A stretch of 42,459 nucleotides of DNA from a virus. Each line of letters starts with the position of its first letter. Position 1 is the first letter of the stretch. The stretch covers positions 1 to 42,459 of the IMG/VR virus record IMGVR_UViG_3300031566_000116; one strand, written 5' to 3'. The notes below the pieces were generated by a model, which saw only the letters and a list, made by a program, of their open reading frames with translations, was not told the DNA's origin and made no database searches. A program made the position numbers and the translations under genes. Positions 38,810-42,459 of the stretch are shown here, one piece after another.

Positions 38810-39237
38810 AAACCCATCAAATTAGATATGTAAGCCAAGAAATTTGGTAGTAATTGCGATTTAATTAACTTCTCCATGCTTTCGTCTGAAATCTCCATAA
38901 TATCAGCACCGTATTTCTTTACTAATGCGTCGTTTTTCCAGTCGGAAGACGCAATACTGAAATCACTTTTCATCTTCATTCCTTCGTAAAAATCACCTGT
39001 TACTTTTAAATCTGCAATAGGTGACGAAATAGAGCCTATTGCTTTTTTATATTCGGCATATTCTGGAGATTGATAAGCGTATAAAGTACTCCCATCACCG
39101 CCTTTACCTTGCGTTAACTGTTCGTGTACGGTGTCAATAAACAAAGGCTCGTTAATCAAAATAAACTCATTTACCATATTGTCCCAATTGGTTGTGATAT
39201 GGTTAATGTTATCGCTTAGTTTAATTAACTCGTCCAT
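38806..39237 (-). CDS. tail assembly chaperone, G-like part (143 aa)
   Basis: Size and position are equivalent to lambda gpG. It ends ...ATG GGT TTA TGA, with a canonical slippery heptamer. Confidence 0.5.
   Translation of the reverse strand: MDELIKLSDNINHITTNWDNMVNEFILINEPLFIDTVHEQLTQGKGGDGSTLYAYQSPEYAEYKKAIGSISSPIADLKVTGDFYEGMKMKSDFSIASSDWKNDALVKKYGADIMEISDESMEKLIKSQLLPNFLAYISNLMGL
38809..38815 (-). other. -1 programmed ribosomal frameshift site candidate (G_GGT_TTA)
   Basis: The minus strand reads TTG ATG GGT TTA TGA. Slipping -1 on G GGT TTA gives GGG TTT ATG AGA..., which is exactly the frame and start of the 202-aa ORF. Confidence 0.55.
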
Positions 39238-39285
39238 GGTTTAAAATTACGAATGTTATTAGTTTTAAAAAAGTTGAAAATAAAA

Positions 39286-39305
39286 AAGGGGCTAATTTGC
39301 CCCTT
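39286..39305 (-). terminator. rho-independent terminator after the major tail protein region
   Basis: The minus strand reads AAGGGGC-AAATTA-GCCCCTT followed by TTTTATTTTCAAC. Confidence 0.75.
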
Positions 39306-39468
39306 TCTTTGATGTAAATAACTTTTTCAGTTCTTTGTAGTCTGCCTTCATCCGCTTCTCTTTATTGGCAAAATACCAGTAATGAGGCTCGAAATCTTTT
39401 AAAAATTGGCTTTCGGTTATCCCGTCCACCAATTTTAGGTTTATTTCTAAGTGACCAACCCTAACCAT
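39292..39468 (-). CDS. possible small protein (58 aa, below the track cutoff) coupled to the major tail gene
   Basis: Hand translation gives MVRVGHLEINLKLVDGITESQFLKDFEPHYWYFANKEKRMKADYKELKKLFTSKKGAN. Its ATG overlaps the upstream TAA (TAATG). Its stop TAG sits in the terminator loop. Confidence 0.4.
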   Translation of the reverse strand: MVRVGHLEINLKLVDGITESQFLKDFEPHYWYFANKEKRMKADYKELKKLFTSKKGAN

Positions 39469-40355
39469 TACGCGATAGTTACGGTTACGGCTGCCACGTT
39501 AGATAGTCCTGTGGTTGTCATTAAAGAAGGGTCTACGCAATCAAGAGTTCCGGTTACTAACCCCGTGCCTGACAAAGTGTATAGCCCACTAGCGGCAACA
39601 TCTCCACCGCTCACACTCGCGATAGACTGTTCTGCTCCCGCTGTTGTTTTAAGGCTGAAATCAGCCGCAACTAATCCGTATTGAGGGTTTGCAAGCTGTA
39701 CATCTTCATTAGATGAAGCCCTATAAGCCTTAAATGTGATTGTAGTTGCCGAAGCGCTTACAACCTCTAAAGTAATATCATTTAGAGCCTTCAAGCGTGC
39801 TGGATTAAATAAAGGCTTGAAAACTAAAGAATATGACCTCATTTCTACAATATCATCTAGTGTTATCTTGACAGGTGCCTTTTCTGCTACTGAGCCATCA
39901 TTATCGTCTGGATTCTCAATATTTAAAACCTTCAATCCAAAACCGCTTAATACGCCAGAGGTTGGGTCTTTATACATTTTTAACTTCCCACTAGCCGTGG
40001 CAAAAACTAGGGTATGAGTAGTTGCTCCGCTATAAGATTCAAGTTTCTGATACATTTCGTAGTTAGCTTTAAATTTTGCTAACCAGCTGATAGTCCCGTT
40101 TGAAACTGGAATATCTCCCAATGAAGTGCTATCGTAAACAGCACCGCTGTTCTGAGGTTCTATACTGTGAAAATCAGGGAATGGAATCACATCTCCACTT
40201 TGGATAGCTGTTTCCCATTCACTTTTTGTTTTCGCGAGTGTTTGAGTTGAAAAACTAAACCCCTCTTTCAATAAGAAGGCTTTTTTATACTGCCCGTCGA
40301 GCTGCTCGCAAGCTACTGAGGGGTTAAGATTTGAATTACCGCAAGTATCTGCCAT
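39468..40355 (-). CDS. major tail protein candidate with C-terminal Ig-like domain
   Basis: 295 aa, upstream of the chaperone pair and followed by a strong terminator. The C-terminal ~90 aa (ITLEVVSASATTITFKA...AAVTVTIA) look like a beta-sandwich Ig-like domain. Confidence 0.55.
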   Translation of the reverse strand: MADTCGNSNLNPSVACEQLDGQYKKAFLLKEGFSFSTQTLAKTKSEWETAIQSGDVIPFPDFHSIEPQNSGAVYDSTSLGDIPVSNGTISWLAKFKANYEMYQKLESYSGATTHTLVFATASGKLKMYKDPTSGVLSGFGLKVLNIENPDDNDGSVAEKAPVKITLDDIVEMRSYSLVFKPLFNPARLKALNDITLEVVSASATTITFKAYRASSNEDVQLANPQYGLVAADFSLKTTAGAEQSIASVSGGDVAASGLYTLSGTGLVTGTLDCVDPSLMTTTGLSNVAAVTVTIA

Positions 40356-40368
40356 TTTATTTTATTTT

Positions 40369-40881
40369 TTAACAAGTTAGTAAACTATATTTCATTGTGT
40401 AATCAATCCTAAAAATATGCCATGGGTGCATATTTGGATGTTTAAGGTTTTTAATGTCGAAATCACCATAAGCTTTCGCCCCAGTTACAATCCCTTTCAC
40501 CTCCGCTTTATCGAGTAGTTTTATAACAGCTCCATGGGCTTCCTCAACTGCGCGATGGGATAAATCTGGATATAAATCTTTTAGATTCACAGCGAAAAAA
40601 ATTCCAACATTATGAACGACCTGCCCAGCATCAAAAGATTCAGTTTCATCATTCACATCAAACCACGATAAAACACTTAATTTATCGTTAAATTTAACAG
40701 CCTTATAATCATTAGTCCCAGATACGTGAACCTCGGGCGTTAATGATTCGTTTATCAAATTTCCAAACACGCGCCCATTAAATTGCTTCTTACTTGAGGA
40801 TACATCCGCCCAAAGTTCGTCAATAAATATTTCCTGTACATCTTGGATTGGTGCATCAATACCCTTAGGATCCTGTATCAT
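40369..40881 (-). CDS. head-tail joining / tail completion protein candidate (170 aa)
   Basis: Track ORF between the capsid-proximal gene and the major tail gene. Assigned by synteny only. Confidence 0.4.
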   Translation of the reverse strand: MIQDPKGIDAPIQDVQEIFIDELWADVSSSKKQFNGRVFGNLINESLTPEVHVSGTNDYKAVKFNDKLSVLSWFDVNDETESFDAGQVVHNVGIFFAVNLKDLYPDLSHRAVEEAHGAVIKLLDKAEVKGIVTGAKAYGDFDIKNLKHPNMHPWHIFRIDYTMKYSLLTC

Positions 40882-41939
40882 GATAAAGTGTTTAATTCAA
40901 ATCCGTTGGAATAATAACCATTTACCAACCTATTAATCTGAGTGTTCAACGATTCTACTTCTTTTCTTAAAGTAGGAATAAGCCCTATTATGCGGTCTGG
41001 AACCCCTTCGAGTTGTGCTATTATAAAGTTTAGTTGCTCAGATGATATTTGCTCAGTTCTATTAGATCTTAACGATGTGATGTAAATTTGTACCGCATTT
41101 ATCACTATTTGCAATTGAATAGCGGGCGCAAATATATGCTCACTGTTAATTAATAGATTTGAATAATCGCTAAAAACAAATACATCAGGATTCAAGCCCC
41201 AACAATTAGAACTTGAATTAACATCATCTAGGTCAAATAATTCATTTGCGGTCACGTTTTTAACATCAACTGAATTAAAACACAAATGAGTTATTGAAGA
41301 TTTAACACCAGCTCTTTGATATTCGCGTTTAAAAGGTAGTACCGTCAATCCGCTTGTGAGATAACCTAAATACCATTCACCTTGAAACGAGTCTAACGTA
41401 TCGTCAATGCGCCAATTTAGAATTTCAACTTGCTGAGGCTTAGTTATTGACACTACCTTACTAAATATAGGGTCTTTAACCGCAGAATTAAAAAGCAATA
41501 ATTCAATATCCCCAGTGCCACTAAACTCTAAAAAGATGCGCGTCAACTCAAAAGCTACATTTTTCTCTAACGATTTATTGATTCGATACCCAACAAAGCT
41601 ATCTGTAATTAAATCTTCGGTTTGAACTTTATTATTTGCAAATTGATACAAGATTTGCCTATCGATATAGTCAGAATCTAAAAGAACTTTATCCATAACC
41701 TCACTAACTGATTTAGACTGCAATTCTTTTAAAAATAAATTGAAATCAGCGTCAGAAGCTTCAATATAGTCTTGTGTTTCTTTTAAAGATTCGATTTTAC
41801 AATAAGGATTCTCAGTTGCGTACCGCCCAGATCTAGAGGTTTGATTGTCGATGTCAACAATAGCAAAAGCGGGATTAGATGGGTTTTTAAACCCAACTAA
41901 TCCACTAAAACTATTTGTAACTTTTGCTTTATCAAACAT
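40878..41939 (-). CDS. virion structural protein, function unknown (353 aa)
   Basis: Track ORF 4 nt downstream of the capsid gene stop. No motif recognised. Confidence 0.45.
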   Translation of the reverse strand: MFDKAKVTNSFSGLVGFKNPSNPAFAIVDIDNQTSRSGRYATENPYCKIESLKETQDYIEASDADFNLFLKELQSKSVSEVMDKVLLDSDYIDRQILYQFANNKVQTEDLITDSFVGYRINKSLEKNVAFELTRIFLEFSGTGDIELLLFNSAVKDPIFSKVVSITKPQQVEILNWRIDDTLDSFQGEWYLGYLTSGLTVLPFKREYQRAGVKSSITHLCFNSVDVKNVTANELFDLDDVNSSSNCWGLNPDVFVFSDYSNLLINSEHIFAPAIQLQIVINAVQIYITSLRSNRTEQISSEQLNFIIAQLEGVPDRIIGLIPTLRKEVESLNTQINRLVNGYYSNGFELNTLS

Positions 41940-41943
41940 ATAT

Positions 41944-42459
41944 CTATACTAATGCAAACGCTTGTAATGGCGTTTCGTTCGCTACTGTTAGCGGTGCTGT
42001 ATTGAATGATAAATAAGCGAAAGCTTGCACCTGAGTACCTACACTTTGATTTTCAGAATTAACTCCAGTTCCATCTTGACGGGCGCTATATTCGTGCAAA
42101 GCTAGAGGAAGCCCTGTAACTGGGTGTACAATAGATCCATATTTATTGTCTGGCCCCGTAAATCCTTGTCTGTTCTGAATAGGCATCCAATCCAAAACAG
42201 AAGTGGTCATATCAGGCTCAGCAATGAAAAACCCTTTCGTGTAAAGCAATGTTGCGGCTTTAGCGTCAAGCTCAACAGAGTGAATCCAATTAATACCACC
42301 AAATTGAAATGATGTATTGATACTATTCCCAGCTCCGTTGGAAGCTAAAGCTTGCATTTTATTATATCCAATAGTATCGGCGTAAACAGTCAACATTCCA
42401 GACCACTTATTGATCTTCATGTTTGATTTGATAATTTGCGCAGCCCTGTATCCATTGTC
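41944..42459 (-). CDS. major capsid protein candidate, C-terminal part (the same gene as 1..652)
   Basis: The frame is open from the window end to the stop at 41944. The track ORF 41944..42420 begins at an internal Met. Bases 42333-42459 duplicate 1-127. Confidence 0.6.
   Translation of the reverse strand, partial: DNGYRAAQIIKSNMKINKWSGMLTVYADTIGYNKMQALASNGAGNSINTSFQFGGINWIHSVELDAKAATLLYTKGFFIAEPDMTTSVLDWMPIQNRQGFTGPDNKYGSIVHPVTGLPLALHEYSARQDGTGVNSENQSVGTQVQAFAYLSFNTAPLTVANETPLQAFALV
42333..42459. repeat. terminal direct repeat, identical to 1..127
   Basis: Exact 127-bp identity with the window start. Confidence 0.95.

Noticed and set aside
1-42459. Lysogeny module or prophage boundaries
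   Set aside because: No integrase, excision-associated att sites or CI-like repressor were recognised. The sequence closes on itself with no host flanks. The small excisionase-like HTH protein alone is insufficient evidence.

Overview
This window is a complete, circularly closed genome of a tailed dsDNA phage. Bases 1-127 are identical to 42333-42459, so the unique length is 42,332 bp and the putative major capsid gene is split across the window ends. The genome is AT-rich and has no Shine-Dalgarno sequences. It carries TTTG/TAnnTTTG-type promoter boxes and DUF4373 and DUF3127 replication proteins, which together point to a Bacteroidota (Flavobacteriia-like) host; this host call is an inference.

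Layout. One long minus-strand transcription unit starts at a divergent control region near 20.35 kb. It runs through these modules, in order:
- recombination and replication: ERF, DUF3127 SSB-like protein, HNH, two DNA methyltransferases, DUF4373 initiator, T7 gp4-like primase-helicase, RusA
- an array of very small ORFs (10.9-5.3 kb)
- terS, terL, portal, scaffold and capsid (wrapping the window origin)
- tail genes: major tail protein, chaperone pair with a -1 slippery site, tape measure, baseplate proteins, a 1234-aa fibre and an LRR protein
- a lysis cassette with a GH24 lysozyme

A short plus-strand module of 11-12 small genes (20.6-24.0 kb) converges on the lysis genes at a bidirectional terminator. 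I recognised no tRNA, rRNA, CRISPR array, integrase or DNA polymerase.

Most interesting observation. A family of structured intergenic elements separates the small ORFs. Each has box A (TAAC), a 5-6 nt spacer, a long imperfect stem, a 2-4 nt spacer and box B (GTTA). Stem pairing is conserved while the arm sequences diverge. All 12 non-Watson-Crick pairs I could align are G:T on the transcribed strand. In five copies the TAA inside box A is the upstream gene's stop codon. The layout resembles both T7 RNase III processing sites and integron attC or PeSL-type cassette boundaries.

Other points:
- an inverted pair of promoter modules
- a 24-nt exact repeat abutting a ribbon-helix-helix (RHH) gene
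- Pro-Phe C-terminal tips shared by the SSB-like protein, the primase-helicase and two small proteins
- a DnaJ-type zinc finger in the portal candidate
- a G_GGT_TTA frameshift site
- a homopolymer-broken ORF
- an LRR tail protein
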